Part shown: positions 24,816 to 38,019 of the stretch, piece by piece
Position numbering within the stretch: position 1 is the first letter of the stretch
Layout of the letters: each line of letters begins with the position of its first letter
Source of the DNA: Dicyema japonicum
Lineage: Eukaryota > Animalia > Dicyemida
Assembly (NCBI GenBank): GCA_011109175.1
Contig: RDEW01000045.1
Location: forward strand, 45,067 to 109,066
DNA length: 64,000 nucleotides
Direction: 5' to 3'
Notes under the pieces: generated by a model
Databases searched by the model: none
Told to the model about the DNA's origin: nothing
The model's input: only the letters and a program-made list of their open reading frames with translations
Translations under genes and position numbers: made by a program

Positions 24816-25973
24816 TTATCCGATTATAGGATATATGGGTTTCAGAGGAAATCCACAGTTATCTATCCCTCGTGCCAACTTAATGTATCCAAATATCCCC
24901 CAAATTTTACCATATGAATTTTTTATGAGCCAATATTTTTTTCCCTTTAAAACTCCATAACCGACAACTGAAATTACGTGGTAAGTTTTGGTTGGAAAAC
25001 AATTTTTGAAATGTAATATTCCTAACATGTCTCACTAATATTTACCTCCAGAATAATGTTGAAAGCTTAAAGAACCACGAATACTAACAGTAACAGGACC
25101 AACATCTACAAGAGTACGCAAAAGCATTTCTTCATCACCTTTTAAGTACTTTAATTCTAGTCAAAAGAAATTTAATATCTGGTTGACCTCCATATTTGCA
25201 TTTACCAGCCTATATAATTATTCGTCGATTTACTTTGGCAATATATGGATACCGTTGTTCAGAATTAATTCCTCCGTTTTTTTGTATGTATTTATACACA
25301 TGAAATTCATGTCCACCCTTGCATCCGTAAATAACACAATCAACGATATTTTGTTCGCTCATTGATACTAGTTTATTGTTTTTGATTGCCAAATGCGACT
25401 CCAACGTGGCCAACTAAATATATTAATCAATTATTAACTGCGGCAAATGCATAACATGACCCACATATTGATCCTTGGGATTTTATATCAGTTACACAGT
25501 TTCGATTTACCCAATTAAATGATGAAGGATATTTCTTTTTATGGATAGTGTAATCTCCAAGTAATTCATCTTCCAATGTATCATAAGAATTATAATTATT
25601 ATATAAATTGAATTTGCTGGGTTTGAATATTTCTTTTATTGTCTACAAAAATATTTTATGAGAAAACCATGTCAGTAAACTGATTAATCCCCAATTCATA
25701 TAATACTTTTCTTTGCTCTGCAAGTAAATTGTGGTTGTCAATAAATCTTAAATTTTCAGTAAAAATAGCTTTCTAACATGGAGTTCTAAACCAGAATATG
25801 ATTTGTCTAAAGTGATTATTAATTTAACTGTATTTTTCTAGAAAATTATTCCATTTTATTTCATAATCATCTTCTTTAATGGAATGATTGATTGATTCGT
25901 ATTTGAAATGAATTTTAGATGAAATAAAAGAATTAAAAAATAAAGTGGAAACAACGAAAATTAGGCCGATCAT
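24816..25973 (-). CDS. Cathepsin L-like papain-family (C1A) protease with signal peptide and I29 prodomain; one 1-nt frameshift as written
   Basis: ERFNIN-type E..RKAIFTENLRFIDNHN, LGINQFTDM, QGSICGSCYAFA (catalytic Cys), SEQNIVDC, GCKGG, YHVISVVGYG (His), WLIKNSYG (Asn). Introns are about 22-27 nt. Confidence 0.9.
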
Positions 25974-26239
25974 TTTAATTTATTCCATCTATTTTTAAAT
26001 ATTATTAAAAATTATTTATTAAATATTAAAATAAATATTATTAAAATTTATTAGTATTTTGACTCAATTAGTTGCGTATTAATTGTGACCGGTTCAAACA
26101 GAGGTTAGGTTGAGAATTCAGTACAAAATCGATTTAACCGTTAAAGCCGTTTAACCGTATAACCGAAAAGTTAACGACACATGTTGAGAATGTTAAATCT
26201 TTGGCATTACGTATCAAAAATTAACAAGCATTATTCTAT

Positions 26240-26900
26240 CACTTAAACAGAACGGTTGTTTGGAATACCGTGAATGCTCGTTGGACCCCTTTCAATTTTG
26301 GACCCAACTGTTTGTTTGGAACCCCAGTTTGAATCATTAGTACATTTTCTTCCTCATGATGAATTGTTTTTAAAATCTTTTGGTTGTCATGGAAATAAAT
26401 TATGATTCCTTCTGATTCCATTACTGTCTTTGGTAACCATTTGATTTGGAGCGTTAAGTTTGACTTATCATCTCGGATCTTCATACACCAGACAGTAGCA
26501 CGTCATATCAGAGATCTCGTACTTAGTGACTTCAAAGACGAGAAACCGGCCATAAGAAAATTAATTAATAGAGGGCTCAAAACTGATCCCTGTTGGACTC
26601 CTTTCTTCAAAAATATCATATTTGTAAAATAGACCGGATCTAACATAGAAGTTTCTTACTTCTTAATACACTTTCAGCCAATTCACTAGATCATTCGTGC
26701 TTACCATCCGAGATAACTCACCGATTATGGCTCTGTCGTAATACTGTTAAGATATCGAGACATATGACATTCTAGAAATATTTGGATTTTCTGGCTTTGC
26801 ATAACTCGGAGTTAAGATTGGATAGGCAATCACCGTATTATTGTCACGGACGAAACCCAAGTTGAAATCTTCTGAAATAGTCTTCTTTTTCCAGCAGATT
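26240..26900 (-). mobile_element. Non-LTR retrotransposon fragments (RT plus an ORF1-like piece)
   Basis: KKGVQQGSVLSPLLINF at about 26570-26620. The 26239-26484 ORF resembles gag/ORF1-type sequence (weak). Confidence 0.55.
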
Positions 26901-26979
26901 TGTAAGCCTCCAGAAAATAATTTTTACATTATTTTTTGAAATTGGTCGAATTTAGCCGTTGGTCCAATGACGGCTGAAT

Positions 26980-27125
26980 TCTTGCAAGAACTCGGAGGAT
27001 TGCTTGCCAGAAAGAAAAAGGATCAACGAGAAGGGTTATGGCTAAGACAAAAGATTGGAATAGCCATACTCCGAGGGAACTCGTTCGCAATCCACGCAGC
27101 AGGCTTCCTCAACTGACATTTGTTT
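26980..27125 (+). mobile_element. CRE-like retrotransposon 3' fragment
   Basis: GGLLARKKKDQREGLWLRQKIGIAILRGNSFAI. Confidence 0.8.
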
Positions 27126-27497
27126 AATTGTTAAAAAAAATTTTTAGTCAAAAAAAAAATTGATCGAATCAAGCAAATCGGACGGTTACAGTCAGTTCTT
27201 TTTTTGGGTTTCCTGTCTGGTTCATCTACAAGATCTAGATAGTCAAAACAGAAACAATTTTGTTAAATAGAAACTAAGAGTTATACTAGAGTTACTTTAT
27301 AGTCATGCCTGCACGACTTTGACAATACACAAGTCCCTCTTCTTAATCCATTCACATGTCTTGATTGTGTCCAAAAGTGGTCACAGGAGTCCAAATAAAC
27401 TCTATTTGCTGTCAAAAAAGCCATAGATATAGAGTTTTCTGGAGGGTATTTCTGACTCAATTAGCTGCGAATTATTAATTTAGGCAGCAACGACAAC

Positions 27498-27840
27498 ATA
27501 ACATTTATTAGTGACCAAGCAAGACATAGCGATAGTTATGTGTGATTAGGTTATTAAAAATCCTGTCATTAGGCCTTGATTCTTACGCAGTTCTATTTTC
27601 TCTAGCTTCCAAGTTTCGCTGATTTTCGTGTCTTCCACTTTGGTCTTCAGGAGACAACCGTCTATAAGTAGCACTACCACACTCCTTACTAAGTTGATCG
27701 GTATTTCCTCTTATAGTACTTTTAACCTCTTTAACGAAGTCCCAGCTTCATGATCCAGAAGGTTAATCATTGTTTCTCTATTGGTAGAAAAATACCATCA
27801 TTCACATCCTTATATGAGAGGCAGAATAATTCTTTCAAAG
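27498..27840. repeat. Dispersed repeat family C, copy 1 (about 340 bp)
   Basis: Aligns end to end with 36026-36360; both start ATAACATTTATTAGTGACCAAGCAAGACATAG. Confidence 0.9.
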
Positions 27841-27859
27841 AGAGGGCAGAAAATTTTTT

Positions 27860-28420
27860 TAATTTTTTTACTTAACGAGGAGATTAGGTTAGTTGTTAAT
27901 TGGGAATGAGATTAGGTATTGATTAGGATTGATGTTATGTATTGATTATGGTTGATGTTGAAGATTGCTTAGGGATGAGATCACACTTAGGTATTTTGAG
28001 GAATGGGATTTGAATTCGTCAAAGTTATGGTTAAAATAACAATTAGATGCTGTTAAATGATAGGTTTTTTGATATTTTTAGGTTTATAAAGGCTACGGTT
28101 TAAAGATAGGGGAAGGTTTATATAGGGATTGGGTTAGGGTTATAGATTAGAGTTTAGGGTTAGTTGTCAAGGATACTGGTTGGGGTTAGTTGTTAGACCT
28201 AGGGATTAGGGTTAGTTTTTAGGGAGTATGGTTAGGATAAGTGTTGGGGTTAGATTTTAGGGATTGTTTAGGAAGAGGTTTAAGGTTAGGGTAAGGGCTA
28301 GGGAGTAGGGTTGAAGTTATATGTATGAGTTTGTAAGGGATATGGCTAAGTTTGTAAGGGATAGGCTAAAAAATTAATATTAAAAGTTATTTTTCGCTTA
28401 GTTTTCTTTTTAATTATTCG
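27860..28420 (+). repeat. Degenerate TTAGGG-like G-rich array (copy 2)
   Basis: GGGTTAGGGTTA, GATTAGGGTTAG, GGTTAGGGTAAGGGCTAGGG. Shares GTCAAAGTTATGGTTAAAAT and ATTAAAAGTTA..TTT anchors with copy 1. Confidence 0.85.
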
Positions 28421-29379
28421 TAGATTTTCCGATATTAATTATTGTTCAGGTTGGTATGATGTTATATTCGAGGTTTATCAGGAAAAATGTTATAAAAGAA
28501 ATACGAGAATCTATGAAAAAACTTGAAGAAATGATATGCAATGCATCGCCGTCTGCACTAAATTACTACTTTAGACTTAAAAAAACAAAAATAAGGACTA
28601 TGTTAATAATTTTTTTTACCGATTAAAAAAATATTTAACATTATTAACAAAAGGTTTATAATTTATAATTTAATAACTAAAAAAGTGAAATGTGTAAAAA
28701 TAAATTAAAAGCACAAATTAGATGTGTTTCATTATTATACAATTTCATTTTTTAAATAATTTATATAGGTTTTTTTTTTTTTAAGAACAAAAATTTATTA
28801 ACAATAAAATATTATTTATTAACTATGGGCGAGAGCGGCTGCTGACAAAAAAAATTTAGGTTAAAAATAAATAAAAAAAATAATTAAAAAAAAAAATTAT
28901 ATAGGTTAAAAATAAATATTTTTAAGTTACCCTCACTTTTTGGGGCTCTCTAATGCCCCACCAGGAGCCCGAATGTATATAGTAATGTGGGATTTTGTTA
29001 AACTGGTTAATTAAGTAAATCACATTTGCGTTAACAGTAAACACTGTTCATGGTTTCTTGTGCCATGTTTTTAGATTATCCTTTCTGTTAGTCTTCCCCA
29101 TTTTTTTTGCTGTAGTTCTCGTTTTATGATTCCGTCGAGATCGTCCCCATGTTAAACTATGCAATTAAAAAAATTAAACAATTATAAAAATAAGATTAAA
29201 TTTAATATTAATATAGCACGTTCTTTAAAAATTGTTTGTCCTGTCAAAAAAATGTATTAAGAAACAATATCCATTTTTAAAAATATGGAAACGATTAAAC
29301 CGCTGAATGCATGCTGTGCTAATTGCGCTTCTCAGTTTTGTCATGGATCTCGCTCTTATATAATGGCTCACGTGTCATC

Positions 29380-29740
29380 AAATTAACATAAAATATGCAT
29401 CGGCAGAAAAAATTAATAAAGCAATTGGATTCGAAGATATAATTTTCGACGATTTTTTGATGAATTTGTAATGTCAAATCGTTTTGCTAAAAAAACTAAG
29501 GAATGGAAAACTAATCAGGATAATTGCGAATTAAATTGGATGTATGTTTGTAAATATTTTATTAAGAAGAGTATTCAAATTACTAAATTTAGTAAAATTA
29601 TGAATATGTTTTTTGCTACCCGGCACAACTGCTCCTGTAGAAAGAATAATTCCACTTGGTCAAAAGAAAGAGGTCGAATGAAAGAAGAAACCTTCATTGA
29701 CAATGACGATTTTTTGAAAAAAATCAAAAATTTCTAGATA
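29380..29740 (+). mobile_element. hAT dimerisation-domain relic
   Basis: Across a frameshift: FSKIMNMFF...PGTTAPVERI...WSKERGRMKEET. Confidence 0.6.
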
Positions 29741-29989
29741 AAGTTCATTCAGTTTAAAATATAATCGACTTTCTTAGTTATTTTAAATAAAGATATTTTT
29801 TTGTTTTTCTGTGAAAATTTTTTGTGTACCTAAAAGTCCCGAATTTTGATAATCAAAATCAATAAATGTCCCAGATTTCTAAGATAATAAAGTGGTAAGC
29901 CTACTCATAAGTCAACTACTTAGGTGGTCCAACTACTTAAGCCTACTCATAAGTCAGGTAAATTTGTAAGCGGTTACTTGCAGTATGAG

Positions 29990-31560
29990 CACACTGGTCC
30001 CTTGCTGCTACGATTATATCTTAACATAAGTAAGAACCAGTATATTGTCCCAGATATAGAAGGGAGTATCGCTCAAAAAAAGGTTGAACAGATTTGGTGA
30101 CAGAAGGGATCCTCGTGCGACTCCTTTTGGTAGAAACTTAGAGACAGATTTCGTAGAACGCGCAACTTCCCTTCCTCTCCGTCCGTTAAGGAAGTTTGCA
30201 ATCCAAATTTTCAATTTGTTTGTAATCTTTGAAACAAAGATCTTTTTTGTAAGTAACTTTCTTGGGAGTCAAAAGCCTTCTGTGTGTCAATAGAGCATAT
30301 TAGGGTCTTTTGACCTCAAGGTTGAAAATTCGTGTGAGGCCCACGATAGCATAAAGGCCTTTTTCAATACTATTGTTGTGATTCCATTTGTGTCGATGAA
30401 TAAGTTGAATCGTCTTCCCACATTCACCATTGTGGTGACGTTAGGCTTGAGTTTGATGAGAGAGAAAGACTTTAAAGTTTCTGGTGCGTGGTAAAACCCA
30501 TGGAGAATAATACTTCATGATCTTGTTTAAGAAATTCTTGTTCTACAGGTCATCATAAAGAGGCGTCTTCTCAGAGTTGGTGAGGCCCCGAAGTGTATTC
30601 CACATTAAGTTATTCCAGACCCTCTCCTGCTTCTAGCCATTGTTACTAATTCCTTTCTCCAATGCACGAATTCTCTCCCTGTTTTCCCAAAATTGATTTA
30701 GACTTTCTAAATGAATCCTTTCATAGGTAAATGATTCAGTTAGATGGGAAAGCTTCTTCATGAAGCTTCTTTTCTCTTAATGCCCTCACGCACTATTGAA
30801 GCAGTATCAAGTGACTTGAAGTTATCCGATCGAAACCACATAATTAATAGTCGATAAGGCAGCAAACTTTCTCCAGTCGACATTTTTGTTGGTTTCCTTT
30901 CAGTGGACACTCATCTTTTAAACATGATATGGTTAGGGTCACTAAAATATCTTATAGCATCCAATTGGCTAATGTGGCAATGTTAGGAGAGCAAGCGTAA
31001 GGTCAGGAGAGGAGGTCCTGTAATTTGCTCTGTAAGGAGATCTTGTATTGAATTTAGGATTGTTCAAAATCACTTGGTTATTCAGATTCGGTAATAATTG
31101 GTTCCCCGGCATATCTTGACTGGTTCTTGTCCACATCGGATGATTTGAACAGGTTGTTGAAATTATGGACATCTAGCAGTGGAACCTGAACTCTTTGGGG
31201 GCAGGAACTGGGAGGGACTACAACCATATTTAATAGGGTGATGTTGCCAACGTTTTTTGAAATTGAAAAGGCGATTTACAAGCAGGAGGTGGAAAGTGGA
31301 CATATTTGAATCATTGTAAGCAATTTTCTTGATTAGTGTGATGACACACTACCATTGCGGCCAGACGGACGGTCACGTCGGATAAGTTTATAACCATAGA
31401 AGACGGGAGTGGGAGCGGACGGAGACAGTCTTGTTTTCTTTAGTCCACATCCTATATTATTCAGAAGGTTCCTGAGTTCAAGAACCTTTCCATTTATGCC
31501 ATTTAAGTTTATGTAAATAATGGAAAGACATCAGTAATCTTAAAAAACTTGAGAGCCTCA
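29990..31560 (-). mobile_element. Jockey-like LINE ORF2 (APE endonuclease plus RT), degenerate
   Basis: INGKVLELRNLL, RTSSPDLTL, KAFMLSWAS/DLE-type segment, WIANFLNGRRG, GVARGSLLSPNLFNLFLSD. Confidence 0.88.
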
Positions 31561-31730
31561 GTCTTAAGTGCGTGAGTATTTAATCCGTTCTTTGCGAAGG
31601 TCTCCGAGTTTTAACGTTAATTTATGTGATGAGTAAGGTAATGTATACTTCTCTCATAGCACAAGGGTGAGTCTACAAAAATGGAGGAGGTGGGATATAT
31701 AAACAATTACAATAAGTAATAAAAGCCACT

Positions 31731-33294
31731 TCAACAGTTAATGCACATAATACTGCGTTTATCAGACGAGTCCTTATACGAAATGTGAAATGAATGGCCA
31801 TCTGAAGAGGAGTACGTCACTAAATTAGGTAGGGGAATCACTGGAATCAAATTTCCCTTTAAAGTAGAGAATATCTGACGAGATCCCTTCCATATTTTAA
31901 ACGTAAGGCTTATCCGAGGCCCCAATCTATCGATGTAATCAGTATACTTATCATCTAAGAGTCAAAAACCAAACAAACTTGACAAAAAGTAACAATTTTC
32001 TCCACTAACCAAGGCAGCAGCCAAAACAAAGGCGTCGTCATTTCTAATTCACAGAACAAACTACTTTGATAAATTCATAGGATAGATCACAACACTGTCT
32101 TTACTATACACGTCCACGTGTCTTAATACCCACCGAGGAGCCACCAGAAGGATTCGTCCCCCACGGGACAGTTCACTATTAAATAAGCTACGGAGATTGG
32201 AGATAATCTAATAATTACTGAGAAACTACCTTAGTAAGTCTGTCCATATTTGTGGGAGTCCCATGAATGGCGTTGAGGACATCGATGGCAACGACGAAGG
32301 GACCCTTCTCATCCACAAAACGAATAAACTTTTCTGTCTCCCCCTTGTTGATGTAACTCTCGACATCTCTGGGATTAGTGAACTGGAGTAGCACAAATCA
32401 TCAAACTTTTTCCATCATCGCTGTTTTGAGGAACTTGAAATGATCAGTCGACAAGTTTAAGGAATCAATCAACCGATTACAACAGAAGCATCTATTTCCT
32501 GGGGACACGTGACTTCGTTTATGCCTCCAGCTATAGTTACGACTAAGCCGTTCTACAAACTGCTTCACCGATCCAAGATCCGCAGGAGGGACAAAGTATG
32601 AAGTGCAAACTAAATATGAGTACGGACTAACTTTACTGAGGTCCGATACGAAGTTAAAGAAGCGGTCGTTTTGTTGGCTGCAGTCCAAGTGAGACATGAT
32701 TATGGAGGAAATGTGACTCCCGTTAAACTTGTAGTGAAGGAGGAGGTTGTGAAGAAGAGTTCCATCAAGCCTTTTGAGGGCCAATTTAAGCAGAGGAGAT
32801 ATAAAAGCAAAGGAAGCTCCGTCTTTAGAACAATGGACGAGAAGGTTGTAGGCTTCGTCGACCAAGTCATGTGAAACAAGGACATCCGCCAATAATTCAG
32901 CATTACTTTGATGTTTGCCGATCTTTATTAAGTTCATATACTTATCGTACTCTTTTAGAACAAGAGGAATATTCCGATGGCCAGAAATACTCAGGCTTCT
33001 CAAAAATAGGTGAAATAATGCAGAATCATCGCAGTTTACGTGATAATAGTAGGAGATGGCTGTTAGGCTTAGTTTTGACATAACCAAATAAGCCATGTTT
33101 TTCCTGTGGAATACAACATCGGTGTCAGAAAGGTTACTGGGAAGGGGAAAATTTAACCAAAAGTTTGTTGGGTGTAAAAAGTCATCCTTGTTAATAAAAT
33201 ATTCAGGAATGCTGCTAAACCCCGCACGTAAAGTAGAATAAACCCGCTGTATAAGTAACGAGACATAGAAGCACCTGACATTATTAATAATCAT
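31731..33294 (-). CDS. PRORP: Protein-only RNase P catalytic subunit (PRORP/MRPP3)
   Basis: Helical N-terminus, then NRCFCC (Zn), KGPFVVAIDVLN, SKNDDAFVLAAALVSG, LSNDKYTD, HISY...MCINC*. The NYN aspartates and Zn ligands are present. Introns are 21-24 nt and the frame is intact. Confidence 0.88.
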
Positions 33295-33555
33295 TTTTGA
33301 ATTTTCTTTTCATCAAAATTATTAAATAAAATGGTATTTTTAATTTTATTTTTTTAAATATTTATCTGATCCGTTTTTGTTGTGCCTTATCTAAATTAAG
33401 CGAAAATTGGTGGACATTGAAAAGGTTTGTAAAGAGCGCAATCATGGCTGCTAAACCAGTTTCTTAGGCTCATAATTGAGTTTGTATTCACTCGTGGCTA
33501 ATTGTACGTAGCAGTTCGTGAAAACTCCAAGTAATGCTCCTAAAAGAGTCTAATT

Positions 33556-33600
33556 CAGGGGTGTCAAACTCATTTCTTCGCGGACGGATTAAAAAAATTT
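33556..33600 (+). mobile_element. hAT (Buster/Charlie-type) terminus
   Basis: CAGGGGTGTCAAACTCATTT is a typical Buster-group terminal sequence. Possibly the end of the 35230-36000 element. Confidence 0.5.
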
Positions 33601-33859
33601 GATATCCACTAACCAAGCACCACAATGCGCCACGGGCTATTTAAATTTTTTTTGATTAACAGGATATTTGATTCATACTATGATTTTTATAATATTTTGA
33701 AATTTTTTTTAAATTAAAAACATTTAACAAAAACATTTATTAATTTTTATAATTAAAATATGTTCCTGAAACTTGACATCTTTTTTTCTTCATAATAGCG
33801 TCAATTGGGTTGAGGTGGTGACGTCCCTCTTGAAAGTTTTGTCTGAAAAACACGAAAAT

Positions 33860-35140
33860 TGCAATCTAAATGACTTCTCTCTTTTAACGTTCAATGTCAG
33901 AGGACTCTCTAGTATGGAAAAGAAAAGAACTTTGTGAAGACCTTTCAAAATATAAGATATAATCGGATGTCTCCAAGAGACAAAAATATCGAAGGAGTTT
34001 GAAGAACAACACGGAAAGTTTCAGTTAATCTTTTTCTCTTGGGGATCAAAACAATACGGACTTGGATTCGCTGTGAGAAAGGACCTAGTTGGCGCATATA
34101 CCGTTACTGACTATCAATGAAAGGATTGGAATTTTACAAATGACATTGGACAATCATAATTTTCCGAAGCGAATCACTATAGAAGAAGCATTCATAGGAA
34201 GACATCGAAGGGGGAAAAGAACATTGCAGGAACCTTGTTAGCCAGCTTTTGTAAACAAATAACCTATTCCTTTGTAACACGGCCTTTATGCACTCGGCAA
34301 GACACAGGACAACTTGGTCAGGCAATTGAACTAAGTTTAACGGAAGCATTGCGAAAATCTACAATCAAATAGACTACATTATTTGGAGACAAAAAGACCG
34401 CAAAAATTGTCACTGATACCCGTGCTTATGGAGGGTCTATAATTGACAGCGATCACACGATGGTTATTGCCAAATGTCCTCAAAAAACTTATGGGTTTTG
34501 CAGTGAATGAAAAGAAAGTGCAATGGACACACGGAACTGCGTGGGAAGGGATGCGTTAGACCATCTAAAGAACAATACTATCAAGGTAGAGGAATTTAGA
34601 AAATACCTGGATGTGGGATTGGAAGAAATATCAGTAGATTTGGCACCCCAGATAGCGTGGACCTTGGTCAAACAGAAGATCATGATTGCTTGATATATAT
34701 CTAAAAGAGGACTACGTAACTCACGTCGGATATTAAAGAAAGAATCAATAACAAAAATAGAGAAAATCGAAAGCCTTGAAGACAATAGCAATAGCGGGCC
34801 GAGGAGCATTGGCGCATATCAAAAAGACTAGAATCTCTTCTCGGTGACACCGAAGATATAACACGAAGGAAGACACTAACTAATGTCGATTTCAACAAAA
34901 TGAAGAAGACCTGGCTTCTGCACAAAGGGCTTGAGTCTAAAACTCAAATGAGACTATACAATACCCTAGTGAGGTTAATCCTATTATATAATGCCGGTAC
35001 ATGGGCATGTACAGGGTAGGAACTCGAAAAGTTAAATTCTTTTCACAGAAATCATCTCCGAGCACTTTTATTTCAAAATGCCGTCCGAAATCTTATACAA
35101 GATAACAGGAACTGTGGCAACATCATGTGACAATACTGAG
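33860..35140 (+). mobile_element. RTE-like LINE with the RT domain deleted (EN joined to C-terminus)
   Basis: TFNVRGLS...CLQETK, NQIDYII and DSDH (EN) are followed at about 34920 directly by RLYNTLVRLILLYNAGTW, which matches 10640-10860. No YADD region lies between. Confidence 0.8.
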
Positions 35141-35229
35141 AACCTTGACTAATCTTGTTTTGTTTATGTTCATTAAAAAGAACTGCTGTTCACATAGATA
35201 TGTACTCCAAACATGGACAAAATCTTCGC

Positions 35230-36000
35230 AGCTAGGGCTGTTAAGTTGGGATACATCGGCAAGAGATATATATATAAAAGCTGCCTAAGCCCACCATGGT
35301 AAATTTATTTTTCAGATCTGAGTCACATTTCAAATCAATTATTTCCAGTTGGCTGGAAGATTTAACTTTTCTCTGAATTGAGCAACAACGCCAGTTTTTT
35401 CCCCAATCATTGATGGAGCACCATCTGTAGAACACTAACAGCACGTGCCCATTCCACTCCAAAGTTTTCAAACTCTGACGAGCGATTTGATTATTACATT
35501 TGCCGTAGTGGTGTCCATTATAGGTATCAAATCAAGGAACCCCTCTGTGACCGTCAAATTCTCGTCCGCACCACGAATGAATATGGCTAACTGAACCACA
35601 TCCATAATGTCAGTGCTCTCGTCAGTAGCAATAGAAAATGCAATGAATCAACTAATTTTTGACTTGAGTTGATTATGCAAATCTGTGGAAAGATCCGAAA
35701 TCCTATTCACCACAGTGTTTCTTGTAAGGCTAATGCTCGCGAAATCAGGTCGATTAGCAGGGCATATGATTTCAGTAGCTTTCATAATACATGTTTTTAC
35801 ACATCACCATCGTTTTGATGATAACGCTATTTCCCGAGAAATTTGGCAAAAGCAGGCATGCAAGCAATGCATCGTACTTATCTTTTCTCGTTTTTCCCAT
35901 CAAGTTATTGTATTCTTGAGCATGGTGGGTTTCGTAGTGTCGTCGAATGTTATATTCTTTGACCACTGCATTTGCACAAGAACAGAAAAACAATTAAAAA
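35230..36000 (-). mobile_element. hAT transposase relic, GTF2IRD2/SPIN-like
   Basis: VKEYNIRRHYETHH; FSIATDESTDIMDVVQLAIFIRG...TTTANV. Confidence 0.88.
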
Positions 36001-36025
36001 TTAATTATTTTATTTAAATGAAATA

Positions 36026-36360
36026 ATAACATTTATTAGTGACCAAGCAAGACATAGTTATGTGAGATTAGGTTATTAAAAATCCTGTCATTAGGCCTTG
36101 ATTTTTACGCAGTTTTACCCCATCTAGCTTCTAAGCTTCGCTGATCAAACGTGTCATCCACTTTGGTCCTCAGGAGATAACCGTCTATATATAGCACTAC
36201 AACGCTCCTTACTGAGTTGATCAGTGTTTTCTATTCTAGTGCTTTTCACCTCTTTAAAAAAGTCCCAGCTTGATTATCCAGAAGGTTGATTATTGTCTCT
36301 CTATTGGTAGAAAAATGCCATCACATCCTTATATGAGAGAGGGCAGAATAATTTTTTCAA
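36026..36360. repeat. Dispersed repeat family C, copy 2
   Basis: Homologous to 27498-27840. Confidence 0.9.
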
Positions 36361-37549
36361 AAATAAAGATAAACGTCTCCTTCAAATCGAGTTTCCATAG
36401 ACACATGCTTTGTAAATTTTTGTTCTTCATTCTGACATCTTCAAAATAATTTCCTCTGCATTCTTCTTTTATTGTGAGTAAGAACTCTTCTGACAAACCT
36501 GTCCCCAATTTTGAATATCGTTATATCATTTTTCCACAGCCTCTTTTTTAACATCATTTCCTTGCGAGATTGAAAAACTGGACAGTCTTATGTTAAATTT
36601 ATTGAACCTTAATAAATGCCTGACATCACTTCGGAAGTGAAGAATCTCTTGGGGGACGACAACTTTATAGAAATTAGTGTAACGTAAACTGCACTTTACA
36701 AGGAATAATTTCCATAATTAACATATTCGGAACCTCCATCTTGTTCATGTACTAATAATACCTTCGGCCTGTTGTGTCTGATAATCTGACGGATGATGTT
36801 ATAGAACAAATTGTAGAAGTTATGGAAAGTTCGGAAAGCAACGATAATGAAGAAATTTTTTATAATGATATGCAAAATAAAAGGATGACGATCAAAGAAT
36901 TAGTAAAAAAATTAATGAAATTTAAGAATCAGTTCTAGATATTGCTCCAAGTTCGTTAAAGGATTTTTACTGCGTCAGATAAAATTTATTCAGTAGTTTG
37001 AAGAAAACTATGGATATGGAAATAGAATTGATAATTATTTTTCAATTAATAATGATTTTAAAGACTTTCTTGCATTAATTAAATTATTAAATTTATATTG
37101 GTGTTAATTTTTTGATAGAACCTCAGTTTTTGGAACACTGTTCCAAATCGAGGTCCGACTTTACGTACCCCCCCACCTTGTTCATGTACTATAACTATGC
37201 TATTCCTGACCTATATTCAAAATCTATTTTGGAAAACATTTTCATCAGTGGAAATATGTATCGAAAAACCCAATTTGGTTATCAAGTCAATCATCTGACA
37301 CAAGATGGAGACTACTACTTTAACAGATAGGTTCATTGAGATCATGAACGACCCATCAAATAATACGAGAAAACCCAACAGGATTACCAGGAGTCTCTTG
37401 GCGTTGAATCTACAAATGTTCCAACTGAAGTCTCTACAGATCAACTATCGACAGCCTGCTTAAGAATCTATACTAGGTGGTTTCTCCTCCCTCGACAAAT
37501 GGTGGCCTTTATGAACTAGACTGTCCAGGAGGAAGGGAGATTTCAGTAC

Positions 37550-38010
37550 CAAATGTTATATTAACGCTGACAGAGCATAGAAAGATTTCTTTATGTAAAA
37601 AAGAAGTCGCCTTAAAAGGATTACCATCAACGAAAGAAATACAACACAAAGTTCAAATCCCGAACCAAGAGATAAAAGACAAAGAATTTAAACTCTAGAG
37701 GATGAGTGTCAAAACTCCCCGGATTCGACAATATTGGAGCGGACGGTGTCATTAAAATGAGACCACCAGATAAAACAAATGAATTTCCGTCAATTTCGTA
37801 AATTTTACAAACCGCAGTTATAAGGGTTATACGTGGTCAGAAGACGCTCATAAGATTAAACTTTACACTCGTTCTTATATACGAACGTTCCAAGAACAAC
37901 GATACTGTCTTACAAGGTGCGTGATTCTGCTTGTTTTTGGCGCACTGCGCGCTTATCTCCAAAACATGATGCTTAAATTGTTTCATTTATTGACGATAAT
38001 TTTAACAAAT
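37550..38010 (+). mobile_element. Possible Ty3/gypsy RT relic
   Basis: LPSTKEIQHKVQI...EFPSIS...FGALRAYLQNMM loosely follows the gypsy RT motif order. Confidence 0.35.
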
Positions 38011-38019
38011 TTAAAAACT

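Noticed and set aside
27860-28420. True telomere or chromosome end
   Set aside because: The units are highly degenerate, internal, and flanked by shared element-like sequence.
32095-32105. Frameshift in PRORP
   Set aside because: Recounting the A run shows three A's, so the frame is intact (SKDSVVIYPMNLSK|NDDAF).
32671-33083. Short ORF-track calls antisense to PRORP, PBX, KDSR, RPL13 and LINEs
   Set aside because: These are shadow ORFs opposite recognisable genes or elements.
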